A stretch of DNA of 51,668 bases, filler included, from Sphacelaria rigidula (GCA_964200075.2; 3 parts of 3 records of this genome joined end to end with filler, not necessarily neighbours in it), one strand, 5' to 3'; shown: positions 37,680-51,291, counted from the first letter of the whole stretch. Numbers and translations are program-made. The notes: generated from the letters alone by a model not told the origin.

Positions 37680-38599
37680 TACCTACAAACATGCACAACA
37701 GAAAGATGCATCGCACATGTAATCTAGCCACCGATGCGATGGCCACTTCCAAAAAGCCGATCACCGCCAGCGGTTGCGTTCTGCGGCACCGCCAGTCATC
37801 TGAACAAGCATCGTAGGCAGGCGGCATTTCCAGAGGAGGACGAGAGAACACCGTATCAAACGACTCTCACCGACAGGGCCAGACAGTGCACTCCATCACC
37901 ACTCCCCACTACGAACGAGTAGGTGTGAAGAAATGATCCAGCGCGAATTGTTAGCAGTGAACATTTCTTCGCCGTCCGTATCATGGCAGTTACGAATTAC
38001 CTGGTATGCGCGATACATGTGGCGACCGTGGGCTTGACGCTACTATAGACCTACCGGTAAGAACTCTCATCTGTAGGTCTAGAAAATATTTCGCTCTGCT
38101 TTGCATCGCGGTTCCAATTTGTTTTCTTCTTCCATTTGTTATAATAGAAAAGGAGCATAATGAGAAATCATGCGTCAATCTAATCTCGCAAGCTAGGGTG
38201 AGAAATAAGTGATACCGAGACGGTAAAACAGCACGCGAACAAACCAGCGACTTCAAGGAGGGCGGCAGTAGTACGTGCACTGCCTTACATCTGCTGGCGA
38301 CACGTTTTCGGTTGTTTTCGACACGCTCCTCGCCATTCGTCTAATACAGAATGGATCTCCGTCAAACAAAGACTGTCGTGTGTAGATTAGCAAGGGCTAG
38401 CAGTACAACTACTGCGCGTGAGTGGTGGGTGTCTGTCCGTGTTTTTTCGGTGGGTGTGTAGGTGTTGTCTTGTTTTGTTGCGTGGTGTCTGCATCATTAC
38501 ACAGACCTCGGACCTGCTTGGACGAACGACCACTTCCAGACCCGCCGCATTTCTACTACTCGTGCCGCCACTTGGATATCCTGTACAGCACACAACCAC

Positions 38600-38987
38600 A
38601 ACTGTGTACAGACAGCGTGGTGTCTTGTACAACAGTAGTGCAACAACAGTGTGATATTGCGGTATTCTCTATTCTCGGTGGCAAGCAGCTGATGCACACT
38701 GTATACAGTCCGTGTCGTCAGAGCATCTAGCATCTTTACAATCGAGCATGCGTGTACTATACACGGCCGTATACCCGCAAGTAGGTACACTTGTAAAATC
38801 ACACCATCATTTTTTTGTGAGTACCGCTGTCTGCCGTGCAGACACAATATGTACAGCGGACAACAGACAACAGACGACTGTGTACAGACAGCGTGGTGTC
38901 TTCTACAACAGCAGTGCGACAACTGTATGATACGGCGGTATTCTCTATTCTCGATGGCAAGCAGCCGATGCATACTGTAAACAGTCT
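38600..38987 (+). repeat. Direct duplication of ~110 bp
   Basis: ACTGTGTACAGACAGCGTGGTGTCTT...GGTATTCTCTATTCTCG.TGGCAAGCAGC at about 38602 and 38877. Confidence 0.85.
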
Positions 38988-39489
38988 GTGTTCAGGTTCT
39001 AAAAAGTCTGATACCACTGTAGGACTTCTGTGTTGTGTTCAGTGTAATACTCTGTACTGCTATATACCCTGTAGGACTTCTGTATTTTAACAATGGGGAT
39101 TAAATTATGTGGGAGGGTCACGTTGTGGGCAAGCTCTTGAAACGTTCTGATTGATTCTGAAGATATATTCTGAAAAAGATCGAACACTTCTCTGTTACAG
39201 AAATCCAATGTCGAATCTGAAATGGCCTGAGACAACAACTAATTTTAAATTTGGAACTCTGAAAATCCTGCTGGGAGCATGCGTTGTACATTCATCAAGG
39301 GCCATGCGTTGGGCAACCATGCTTTCAGCCAGGATTCCTACACCCGGTAGGAATGTAACTTCTTCCATCCTTTGGGAATTAATACACATATCAAAAGTCA
39401 TGAATCCAACGCTTGGTTCATGGAGAACAAACTAACACGATAGAACATCGAACTGGCTTGACTGGAGAAGGGGGGGCATGACAGGGTCG

Positions 39490-39590
39490 GGGGGAAGGGG
39501 ATACTCATGATTCTGTATGCCGCAGTCATGAGACCTTTGCCTTCTCATCCCTAAAAAGCCGAGACGGAGCACGCCAACTTTTCGCTGGAC
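39490..39590 (-). mobile_element. Old 3'-end remnant of the same LINE family
   Basis: Shares GTGCTCCGTCTCG with the LINE 3' end, plus ...ATGACTGCGGCA...TGAGTA and a C-rich tail. Confidence 0.5.
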
Positions 39591-40699
39591 AAGGCTTGCA
39601 ATCACCAAGCGCGAAGAGCCGTGATGTGATCATCAAGACATACAAAGAATGAGCTGCAGCCTACTGAAAAGTGTTGGACCCGAAGAGAACAAATGGCGGT
39701 GCATGCCGATGACAGCCTCAGATGAGGTGCGTCATTTTCTGGTATCGCCATTTTCAGAGACAGCGAAGGGTTACACCGCCTCACGGGTGTCTCACCACAT
39801 CTACACTACACAGTACGACCATCCTCCTTGCGCGGCTACCCCGTACAACATGACCTGACTCGACCACCTTTCACGATTACCGTGAAAAAAAAAAAGCCAG
39901 TATGACAAGACGGTAATCTGGATCACCTGGTGTGTTCTGCAGCGTTATTGCTAACAGATGTACCCTCAGGGGGCCCGGGTGGGGAGGGAGGGAGGAGGGG
40001 AAAAGCTGTCTTCGCGCGGTGGTAACTGTCCCTAGATCGGGGCGGTGCCTCTCGTCTTCGTCTATAACGTACAAATAGCGGTGCCAGGCTTTGGTATGTC
40101 TTGTTGGAATATTCGGACTACCTGCAGCGGGAACGAACAACTGATGCCACATTCGAAAATGAAATCAAGGAATTATCTTCTCACGGAGAAATATACGATC
40201 ACAAAATACCCTCTCGCCGTGAAATGACGCGGGACGCCCCGTATGCTTTCATGCGATTCTAGCCAAGTTTTAGTTGACGTCATATGATGTTGCTGAAAAT
40301 GTCTTCGGAACTTCGATGCCCTGCGATACGAAGGTCGTGCAGACAGCGCAGTGGACGCTTCAGTCGGTCGGTAGCGGTACATGGATCCTCACGAGCGACC
40401 GCACAATTACGTTCCAGGCTGGACAGTTTTCGCCCGACAAGAATGCCACCCGGGAGTCGTAGACTGAGCAACTACGGATAGTTGTTTACGATGAACCCGC
40501 TATCGCCGGTTGTTTTTTTCAGAGTGCGATTTAGCTATATGTACAGTCATAGTTGAGGCTTGAAACATATACGTGAGAACCTGTGAACCTTCGTTTGCGG
40601 CTGCCATGAGGAATCTGCACCACAAAAACAAATGGTAAGTGGCACTGCGTTTCGTTCGGTTTGTATATTGACATGCTGGAGTGGGGACCGGGCTGGACT

Positions 40700-41190
40700 C
40701 TCACAGGAGAAGATTCGACCGTGCCGTGAGGCTCGGCACGCCAATGTGACGCGACGAGATAAATTTGCCTCGCGACAGTCGGCACAGGACGAGATATCTT
40801 GTCCATACCACCCGTCGTGTCATCCAGCGATGTTGGTCCCGTCCCGCTTATACACGTTAGTAAGATGCCTCATCCTGTCGGGTAAATATAGGGACAACAA
40901 CATATCCCGTCCAGTCCAGTCCAGTCCGTTGTTTGTTCGCCAGGCTTATCGGGGGGGGGGAACCTCGCGGGGGATCTCGCGGAACGCGACATCATGGGGA
41001 TTACCCCCCCGGCCCTGTCATACTGTTGGCGAGGCGGAGGTGTTCCCGTCCCGTACCGTCATCGGTTTGGCGAAGGAAGCGTGTTCCCGTCTCGTTAACA
41101 CGAGAAATGTCTTTCGTAAGGTATTGACGTGTAATCTCACGGGATTTACGGTTGACGGAACGGGCATTCCTGTCCAACCAGGCGGGAACT
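40700..41190. repeat. Degenerate element built from CCCGTCCCG / CGGGA motifs
   Basis: Recurrent CCCGTC, ATCCCG and ACGGGA words. Termini not resolved. Confidence 0.4.
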
Positions 41191-41194
41191 GTAG

Positions 41195-43825
41195 TATATC
41201 TTTGTACATCTGTTGAAAAAAAGGGAGACAAGGCTGACCCAGGGAGCTATAGAGGGATAACGCTACTGAACGCGGTAGGGGAAACATTCTGAAAGATTGT
41301 GAACGATAGAGTAGGAACGATGCTAGAAGAGGACGAAAAAATCAGCGAGGGACACGCAGGATTTACCCCAAACCGTAGTTGCGTAGACCATGTGTACACC
41401 CTAGGTAAGATTATTGAAGGTGGGAAATACGCCGGGCTGACGACGTACTGTTTTTTTCTGGACGTGCAAAAAAGCTTTCGACACAGCATGGAGAAATGGG
41501 CTGTGGAAAAGGTTGTGGGAAACTGGGATCAGAGGAAAGATGTGGAGAATGGTGAAGAAGATGGCAAATGTGCCAAAAGTGCCATGATGCTAGACGGGGA
41601 AACATCGAAACATTTTGATATTTTACGAGGAGTTGCGCAAGGATGGACGTTATCACCCACTTTTGTTCAAGGTATTCATTAACGACTTGGTAATAGCAAC
41701 AGAAGCAGCAAATCAAGGCGGGTAAAGATGTAATATCAGGTTTGATGTTCGCAGATGACTTTGTGGGAATTTCAGGGACAGCAGAAGGATTGCGAAAACA
41801 ATTAGACAAGGCGCTAGAATACACTAGCAAATGGAGAGTGACAGCGAATGTTGACAAATGCGCGGTGCTCATCTGTAACGAAGATGGGAAAAATCCGGTA
41901 GAGTTCAAGTGGAAGTGGGGAGAAGAGGAACTGCCAGTCGTAGACTAGTATACATACCTTGGTGTAGAGATCTCGAAACACTGTTCTTGGGATGCACACA
42001 TAAACAGGTACTTCCTCTGTTCCACTAAAGAAGCCCGTTTGGAGGTTTTACCGTGTTTCTCGTGCGTATTTCCGGCTTTTCCCTGCGTTTTGTTTCGTTA
42101 TTCTCGTCAAGTTTTGGACCAGAACTCGAAACCAAGGTTTTTGCCGAGCCCCGAATAGACAAGCAGCTACACTCACGGCGATCAGAGTGTGTCGGTCGTG
42201 CGCAACCAGAATCTACCGGTTGACAGCCTTTCCATCGATTTTGGAGAGGAGTGATTTTTCATGGTTTCCGAGGCGTTTCGGAGAACCGCCCGGAACCGTC
42301 ATTTTTCAGTCTGCCGCCAATACAGCACTATTTGAGCACGAAATCGGCCATACATGCCGGATTGGGGGGGGGGGTATACGCGCCTATCCCGGGGAAAATA
42401 TCATGTTGTCCCGGGGTCTGGAGGGTCTTCTCGTTGTCACACATGTCCCCAACACCTCGAAACACACTACTGTGGGTCTCCGCATCGAAAAAAAGGTTCT
42501 TTGTACCCCCTGCATTGCACATAGAGCCAAAGTTCCGCCAAAACTCTGGCTCTCCTTCGAAAAATCTCACTACATAAGCCCACTTTGTGATTTTTCACGC
42601 CGGGAATGATAACATGTGATCCCCTGGGGCTGTTTTGTTTCTTTACATGATGGCAACCATGTGTGGAAGACATGTTTAGGGCCCGTATGTCGAAAACAAC
42701 TGTATTGGACACATTATCGTAATACTTCACCACGGGCTTATCTTGTGGGACAGCGGAAGTAATAGAAAAGGGTAAAACACAGATAGGCAGGGTGGGCGTG
42801 ATCCTCAGAGACTCGTACCTAGACAGTAGGGTTGAGAGATGTATCCTGATGGATGCGATCGTACCAAAGCTGGAATATGCAAGAGAAGTATGGAAGGGGA
42901 GCGTGAAATTGGTGAAGAAGTTAGAAACAGTACAGGCAACAGCAGCTAAGAAGATACTTGGATGCTCAAAAACGACGAGTAATACAGCACTGAGAGCAGA
43001 GTTGGGAATGTACTTACTTAAAACAAACAGAGACATGGGGAAATTGCGATGGCAATATAGCGTAAAGAACACGCAGAGGAAGAGATTGCCAGCTATAGTT
43101 GATAGGGCTGTATGGAAGAAAAGTACGAAAGGGCATGCTATAAGGTGGGATAAAGAGGTGGAGAAAGTGTGGATGGAGATAGGAGGAAACCAAGACGAAA
43201 TACTGTCCATAGGTGAAGACGGGGGGTACAAGGCAAAAGTAAGAGACATGATATGAAAAAGGGGGGGAATGAGCGCTCAGACGCAAGGTAGATGAGGAAG
43301 GACACCTGAAGATATACGGGGGGTTGAGAGAGGGGATCGGGATGAAAGTATATTTACATGGCCCAATGGACGCGGCGGAAAAATTGAAACTGCGACTTCG
43401 GGTGGGGGATCTGGACCTGCCAGAAAGGAGAAAGATATACACCACTAGTCGTGTGGAGGAGGAAGTAGATAGACAGAACTACTCGTGTGGCATAGCACTA
43501 GAGAGCAGAACTCATGAAGTGGCAGAATGTGAACTATACAAGGAGGAACGGGACGTGCTAGAGGGGGAAATGCGGCACGTAAACGAAGATGGCATGAAAT
43601 TGTTTGATGCATTAGACAGGAGATAGATGATGACCAGATACGGCGAAACAAGACGGGGAAAATATATGTGAAAGGTTTTTTTGTAATGTATGGAAGAAAC
43701 GTAATGAGCGCCGGAAAGTTGAAGGTGGCTCTATCAGGAGTAGGAACGGTGCTCCGTCTCGAAAGGAATGCATGGTCAATGGTAAAATGACCAAGGCAAG
43801 CAACAAGTGAGTACGCCCCCCCCCC
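41195..43825 (+). mobile_element. 5'-truncated, decayed non-LTR retrotransposon (RT plus C-terminal Cys/His remnant) ending in poly(C)
   Basis: YRGITLL, GFTPNRSCVDH, FLDVQK, GVAQGWTLSP, MFADD, YTYLGV, PKLEYA, LRAELG, SCG..ESRTHEVAEC. Stop at 43808-43810, then GTACG and C10. Confidence 0.9.
42011..42759. mobile_element. Tc1/mariner (Stowaway-like) non-autonomous element inserted in the LINE
   Basis: TA duplication at 42009-10 and 42760-61. Imperfect TIRs CTTCCTCTGTTCCACTAAAGAAGCCCG / CGGGCTTATCTTGTGGGACAGCGGAAG. The LINE reading (WDAHIN..VIEKGK) resumes after the insert. Confidence 0.85.
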
Positions 43826-46800
43826 GCCCTCCTCCGTAAGGTCAACTTTTCGAAAATCGTCATTTCTTTTTTCTTGTTTCGCTACATTTGTTGAAGAAAG
43901 TAATCAAGAACCACTGGCAAAACCGAAAAGTCTGGTGGGCTTTGAGGTTCATATATTCAGCTTCTGCTTCTCGACCGCTCTGTCCCGATGAACTCGGGTG
44001 TCGGCCACGCCCACACATATGTATGCACACGAGCGCACGGTAGCGATAGCCTGTAGTCAACGTCGCAATATTTTCTCACGCCTCGTCAAACTTACCCGGA
44101 CTGCTGGTAGGTACTCGAGGCACACGAGACGGAACATGATACCATAAAAGTAATCATGGTAAGTGATGAGCTTGAGGGGGGCGGTTCGCCATCTGAGCGG
44201 TCTCCATGGAAGGATCTCTGCACACGGCAGCTGACCACATCCGCCAACGCCTCGGCTATAAACTAGGGGACAGCAGGCTGGGTGCCCCCCCCCCTACACA
44301 TGTAAACTGTGGAATTATGAGAGTCTATCATGTATGCTACGAGTACCGAAAGCCCATCAGTCGCAGACGGGAAGTGGAGCATGTTCGGGTCTTACTGCCA
44401 TGGGTCAAGCAATCCGTTCTATCGGCACGAATGTAGCTGGAGTTGATCGTATGTACACCGCATGCGATTTTTCTTTTGGCTTGAGTTGTAGGATGGAATT
44501 TTGTCTTGATAGTTCATGGCATAGGGTTTCACTTACAAGGGCCACTTCAGTCTAGTCCATGTGTATGTATGCGTGATTTTTTTTGTCAGCTGAGTACCGA
44601 TAAAATCAGCACCACTAGTGAAATGTTTGACCTAACGTTCACAATACATGGTGTAGTATACTCGTCCATGTTTCCACGGCACATCAAGTGAAAGGTGAGG
44701 ATGAATACAAAGTGTTATACCTGAAGGTGAGTAACAAGTGTGCTTCATGCAAGGTCAACAAAGGAAAATTACACGACTTAATATTCATCACAGAGATGCT
44801 GCAATACTGTTTCACTGTTATCACGGCGTGGATTCTCCTGAGCAGGGATCCCTGATCGGAAATCTCTCAGCATCCACTTACCATCCCAACCCATCGATAG
44901 CTATAACCAACATATGGTTGAAAAGCACCATGAGCCATACTGTCTTCGGCCAGGCCTACCCACATCTCCCGGTGATTTCTGTCGACCGAGTGAAGGCTTA
45001 GAAGTACCGTCGGTCACACCTCATATCACTTTTTCCCAAGATATATCCACTAGTCACCCACAAATATCAAAAGCCATACAGATTTCACGACTCCCACCAT
45101 GCTCTCTTCATAATTCCATGGTATAAAACAAATGAAATACACCCAGTCTTGTGCAGCTTGTCCTGCCATCTTACACAGCAAGTCCCTGCTGTTTCGTGTT
45201 ATGCAACAAAAGTTGTTTACAAAAACAAAAACACGATCATGTCAGAATCATCAAGGGTAGTTGTCCACCACCACCGACACTAGTCAAATAGGGAGTTGTG
45301 ACAAAAGCGTCACAGGCACGCTATCTATCGATCTATGGAGATATTCAAACTTGTCCACAACAAAACCCCTGCAGGTTTGTCTTGTCCATCAGCTCTGTTC
45401 ATCATTTTGAACATCATTTTATTCCTCTGATTCTGACCCAATGACTTGCTGTCTTCATTTCTTCCAGTATCTCAAAATGTCAGGTCCTCTCGTACATTTC
45501 AGCCTTTCGTTCTTTCATGTCTCATTCATATCACTCACCAGTATACTCATTAAAGCAAGTATTTTCCTTGAAAATCTCACTCGCGTTTGTAGACACGTAT
45601 GACTTGAATCCAACCCAGTACTCCATTTTTCTCTTAGATTTGACGGAGAAGCCGGCTAACACCGTCATATCTGGGGGGGTGATGTGAGCACCAGGGTAGT
45701 CCACAAGTCTTCCACGTGTCTACAACCGCCCCTTCGTTCCAAGAACGTTCATATCTCCGGCATCATTCCGGGAACTTTCTCAGGAACACTAGTCTGTCCC
45801 GACCGGGTCAATGTATATTCCGTCCGGGTCATTGTCTATTCCGTCCGGATCATTGTCTTCCCGTCCCCGGAGTAATAGTCATACTCCAAGTCGAGACGGC
45901 ACCGATCCCGGTGCCCTCTCGAGGCACATCTCATCTCGACCGCGGAGTTCCCTCCACACAAGAACGAACTGTCTAGGCACGTCCCACGGCCAAGTCCGTG
46001 GCTTCCGGAGACTACTTCTCCCACTCCTAGGGGTAGTAGCCTTTTTGGCGTCGACGGTAGGATTTACTCCTCCCTCCTTGAATACTCGATCTTGGGGCCA
46101 GTGTCCCGAAATCTTTTCTCGACAGACCCCTGGTTGCACGCATAGATCTGTGCTTTTCAAGGATGTCTTTTCTAGGAGGTAGTCCTCAACCGTGCATACT
46201 GATGTTGATTCGTGCATGATGCGGTGCGCACCCTTGGGTACAAACGTGTATGTGGGATGGTTTGGCACCTGCACAAGTATGTGATCACCCGTCCTCTGAA
46301 TCACACATTGGTGCCATTCCCGCGGTAAGACTTTTTCGATGCCGAGAGGTTACCATCTGGCTGACGACACAAGGAATCGGAAGTAAGTGTGGGCGCGTGC
46401 TACACATTGCGCGGCGATCCACTAAGCACGCTTCCACTCCATCCCCAGCGACAACGACATGCACACGCTCGTAACGCCTTCCTTATCGGTGAGCATTGCT
46501 GTTGTTTGCATACATGACTACGGAAGGAGATATCCCCAAAAATGAAACCCGCCTGAATGCGCCACAATCACCGCCTGTTTATTTTGGATTCCACCCATTT
46601 ATGATCTTATCTATTGCGCTTTTACGCCGCATCTGACATGTTTCAACACCCCTCACGCAGGTGGCAATATTTCGATACACACAGCAGCTGTAGAGAAATA
46701 TCAAGTTGTGCTGTGTAGCTAATACGCAAGCCCACCAGCGCTCAGGGTTCTGGCCGGGCGAACCCTTGTCACTAACACATCGAGGTAAAGTAAAGGTAAT

Positions 46801-48449
46801 CTACTTCGAATATCGAACTATCCCAACAGTGAGTTGGTGCGATCTGTAGTTAGTCTTCTATAGAGTTCCAGGGGGCTGAAAAAAGTTTGCAGTGACAATA
46901 ATTTTCCATTGTGTTTGGCGCGGACATATGGAGAATTAACTTTTTGGCTTGCACCAAGACCAATGTGTATCCAAGCTGCTTGGGAAGAGGTATTCATCGC
47001 TAGTTTGTGCGCTGTACTGGGTGTAATTGAGCCATACTTTACTGAGGACATAGCTTCAGAGACATAACAGCAGCTGTGTATCAACGACGTTGTGATCTTA
47101 TATTCCGTCTATTTTTGACTCGGCCACGTCTTTTTGTTCGGGTAATGTTAAAAAAACTTTTCACTAAATCGGGCGAAAAACTGTTCCTACACGAAAATGT
47201 TTATTTTCCGTCGAAACCACCTGTAGCCCCGGTGTCCCAGTTGGCACCCTCGAAACATCCTGAATTTTGAGACGAGGGTTCGGATCTCGGTGAAGTCACA
47301 CGATCTGGGACTTTTGCTCACATCATGCCCAACAGTTATGGGGGCGAATGAAGGTCTCACCCACCAAAAATCCGTTTCCCACAAAAGATAAAATGAATGC
47401 GGAAGAATATTGAAGACGTCATAGACTGGTCGGGCCTGTGCCGAACCTCTGCTGAACCTCTGCCGAAAATGACACGCTCCATCCCAAGTTACCTAGGTTT
47501 AGTATGCGACAGATGTCGTCTTTTTTATCGCAATTCTCTCGAGACAGGAAGCACAGCAGCCTCTGGAACTTCACAGCCCCGCACACACACTAGGCCTATT
47601 CAGCACCGCAAGCGGATTTGCTCCATTCGCTACAGGGGATCCGAAAAGCCCCAGAACCTTGTAGGGAACGCGTTTTTCAGAACATTTTGTGTTCGATGCA
47701 GCGGTTTGCAAAGTGCTGCAGGCCCCGCGGCACGCGTACCGGTGTATGGGAAGCGCACGCATCAAACCACAGTCCAATCCTATGCCTCGTTGCCGAGAAA
47801 ATAGAGTTGAAAGATAAGCACAACAACATACTGCAACAAGACGGGCACAACAACACGAGCAGCAGCATCTATCCTCCTGATGTTGTAACCCTGTATACAG
47901 GTGTACTGTACAGCAAGGTCAGTCACAGGTGTGTTGCAGAGTGTACTATTGCAATAGTACATTTTGTATGAGCGCCGTCGTCATTTCGAGTGACGCGTGA
48001 ACTTGTGATTGATACTGATTGGTTCATTTAGGCTTCATTTCTTCTGCATTCAACTGACTATTGAGTTGGTCGGTCCATATTCCAGGCATATAGTGTCCAA
48101 AATCGGGCCCCAATCACCCCCATAACAGTGGACGGCGACAGCATCGTTTTTACACAAAGTTCGACGTCACGGTCGACGCGAGAAAGAGACCGCCGAAACC
48201 TCCTCACGAAGAAAGGCATCAGTCTGGGCCGAAATATAAGTAAAATTTGGACATGCAGCGCAATAACTTTGGCAGTTTCAGCTTTTTGGTCGATCGCTTT
48301 TTTCATCGTTTTCGTGGTGTTCTCGCGTAACTGTCAAGGCCGTGAATTTTTCAACACAGCACAGTCCTGCACGCGACCACAACACCCGAAACAGGGGTAG
48401 TCAGAGCTCTCGTGCGGTAATCACCGTCAAAACGACTTTCGGTCTGCTG

Positions 48450-48610
48450 ATGAACATGTATGTTGCTGGAGGCACTGCTGAGAAAGTGTCCAGAAGAACC
48501 CTCAATGAAAATGAGAGACGCGCGTTGATCGAGGAGCTCTTCAACGGCAGCAACAATGCCAAATTGGTGAAAGGGGACCTGAAGCGATGCGCGGATATGT
48601 TTCTCTTCAT
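48450..48610 (+). pseudogene. N-terminal HTH fragment of a plant-type mariner transposase
   Basis: RRTLNENERRALIEELFNGSNNAKLVKGDLKRCADMF resembles the N-terminus of DD39D mariner transposases. No catalytic domain follows. Confidence 0.55.
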
Positions 48611-49689
48611 GCCCTGTGCTCCGAGGGTCGATTGAGCAACGAAACCCCTTGTGTGTGACGTGTATGATGTACCACGTACCATGGCGCGCGCTAATACGTG
48701 GGGCGTTTTGTCCAAAAGTGCACTAGCAGGAGGGCACTGTGTGATGTCTGCACTTGAAATCCCAGGGGAATTCAGGGAAAAGCGGGGACGCTAGTATGGT
48801 GTCCCCGGGTCATCCAGGAGACTGGCCTGACCTCGCTGTAGTACCAATCAAGACATCCTCGAAGTTTCGGCGTCATTACACGCGAGGTGCGGATTTTCTC
48901 GGCGTCTAACCTGCAAAAACACCGCCTCCATATTATCGAACAGGAATAACACTGCCGGGTGCACCTGAGTGCACAAGAAAATTTTCCGCACACACACACA
49001 GACACACACATGTGCCGTGTACTCCATCAAGATATTTTTTCAACTACGGCTACCCCCTGCGCCTTTGCACTTGAGGGTATTCACGAGAACCTTTCGAAAT
49101 ATCTCATACACCTCTTGAGGAGATGTCAATGTGACATGGCAAACATGACTACCACAATGCACTGCAAAGCGTCATCGCATGGGGTGGTATACACCATATG
49201 TTCCGTACAGCCGGGGGTTCAACACGTTCATGGGATACTTCGCTGACAGCCAGCAAGCCTCACAACAAGTTTGACGCGGCACTCCTACCTCTTCCGGCGA
49301 GCCCACAAGAATTATAACAGAGAACTGAAACGAATACTGGTCAATGTCGTGTGAGGCACAAGAAGGTAGCATGTATATGTTGATGGACAAGCGCCCTGTG
49401 CCTGACAAGAGCCGGGATAGGTGTACATGTGTACGTTAGGGTCTGTGCACGCCTCTAACGGGAAATATGCTCAACTCACCTACAATTAGCGAAGTCAGAT
49501 CTGACACTAGAGCCCACTCGGCGTCGCTCATTCACGGATGGGGTGCAAACCTCCCGCAAATTGGTACCCTGTGTCCCCACCTCTTCTAGCTCTACCAGGC
49601 GCCTCCACCCTCTTGTCGCAGTTTTTATACTGTATCATATTATTACACTGTGCACAGAATGCTGGTATATATTAGAATACGATAGTACG

Positions 49690-50345
49690 TTATGATGCAA
49701 AGGGAAGATAATGAACTATATTTAGCGTTTCACGCGCGGAAGATGGTGCTGTTTGTGAGGTGACAATATCCAAGCGAGGGTAGCTCGGCTCGAGCAAGCG
49801 CCTACGCGCCTGTCGTCGAGCGTGGCCATCGAGGGAAACATATCCCCATAGTTTTCGTATAGATCAGGCCTACTGTAGATAGTATAGAGGCATGATCATG
49901 CAGCAAGATATATTCACAGCACGCAATCTACAGCTGTACTATCGAACGGCAGTGGCACGACTCGGCCCGCAAGGCGCCGGCGCACCGCCCGGCCGTGTAC
50001 TGAGGGAACAGGCAGCACGTCACCGTGCAGTACTGTATTAGTAGCCTAATACGGAACGTGTACCACCATGCTTTATGTCGCATACGCAAGGCGCATGCAT
50101 CAACGCACAGGATGTGTGTTGAACAGAACGCCGATTGAAACTAAAGAACGGCAATAGCACGGCTCGGCCCGAAAGGCGCCGGCACCCCACCCGGCCGTGC
50201 ACCCAGGGAACAATAAGCAGGACGTCACCGTACAGTACGTACTGTAGGAGTAGCCTGATACGGAACTTGTACCATCATGCTTTATGCCGCGTAAACAAGG
50301 AGTATGTCTCGATGCACAACGGGTGGGTTGCACAGAATGCCGATC
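49690..50345 (+). repeat. Dispersed repeat, copy 2, with an internal ~200-bp tandem unit
   Basis: Matches 13140-13645. The unit GAACGGCA(G/A)T(G/A)GCACG...CAGAA(C/T)GCCGAT occurs twice (about 49943 and 50146). Confidence 0.85.
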
Positions 50346-51193
50346 GCAACAAGAGATAGGATTACCATATACGAATTATATCCCAAGGGCCCCCACCAAC
50401 TAAACCCCAAGAGCCGTAGCCCCCCAAGCAACTGGATTTCAGTACAAGCTGGGCCAACCTAGAAGCGGATTCGCAGTTTGCAGGCGAATTCGCAATTTTT
50501 CACGTAGAGTTGGGCACTGAAAATTGGTATGGACATCGGGCATAAGATAAAATAAAATCCGGGTCTCAAAAAAAAAATCTTGATGATTTAAAACCTGGAA
50601 CTGATTCTTGCCCTTAACCCTTTTGGGACCGGGCCTCCAGAACGACCAATGAGGCTGGTTGGGAATGTCGTGTTTGGCGTCTGCACGAATAGACAATGGC
50701 CTGTGAAAAGCCGCGTATGTAACCGCAGGGTTATGACGAAAGCCGAAAGCTTCATCCGATCTGTTTTCAGGCGCAGGGTACGCATTTGAGTTATCTCAAA
50801 CTCGGCGATCCTGGATCATTGGACGATTAGTCCAGGATGTCCTGGACTACGAGTTTGAGATAACTCAACGGAGATCCCGAGATATCATCGAGGATTCTTC
50901 AAATGAATCTTTGACGAAGATCCCTCCCGGTTTATGACGTGAAGGGGTGCCAAGAACGGTGAAGAACGGTCAAGAACAGCTTTCATATGACAGTTTCACA
51001 AACTATTAGTGTGATGAGCATCGCCACGTCATGTTCTCCGATCCTTATGGTTGAAAGTTGGAAATTAGCTCGCGACCTTTCCTTGAAAAGAACCATCGCT
51101 GGGGTGTTTGCGGGCATGAGACTCGGGTTTGGTCGTAAAGTTCAGAGCAAGATGCAACTGTCACCCTACTTCGGTTAAACAACTAGCTTTTAA

Positions 51194-51291
51194 CCCTTAG
51201 ACCGCGTGATTAGTCTATCTGGATCATGCATTCTTTTTTTCACTTGAAATTGATGCCGATTCAGCAGAAGGCCAACCTCGCGGTCTAAGGG
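51194..51291. mobile_element. 98-bp piggyBac-type MITE
   Basis: TTAA on both sides (51190-93, 51292-95) and perfect 13-bp TIRs CCCTTAGACCGCG / CGCGGTCTAAGGG. Confidence 0.85.

Noticed and set aside
34521-39000. Integrated phaeovirus provirus around the EsV-1-7 gene
   Set aside because: No NCLDV core genes or gene-dense tract seen; the splice signals suggest a host gene.
50614-50733. Second piggyBac-like MITE (TTAACCCTT...)
   Set aside because: No convincing right TIR or TTAA.
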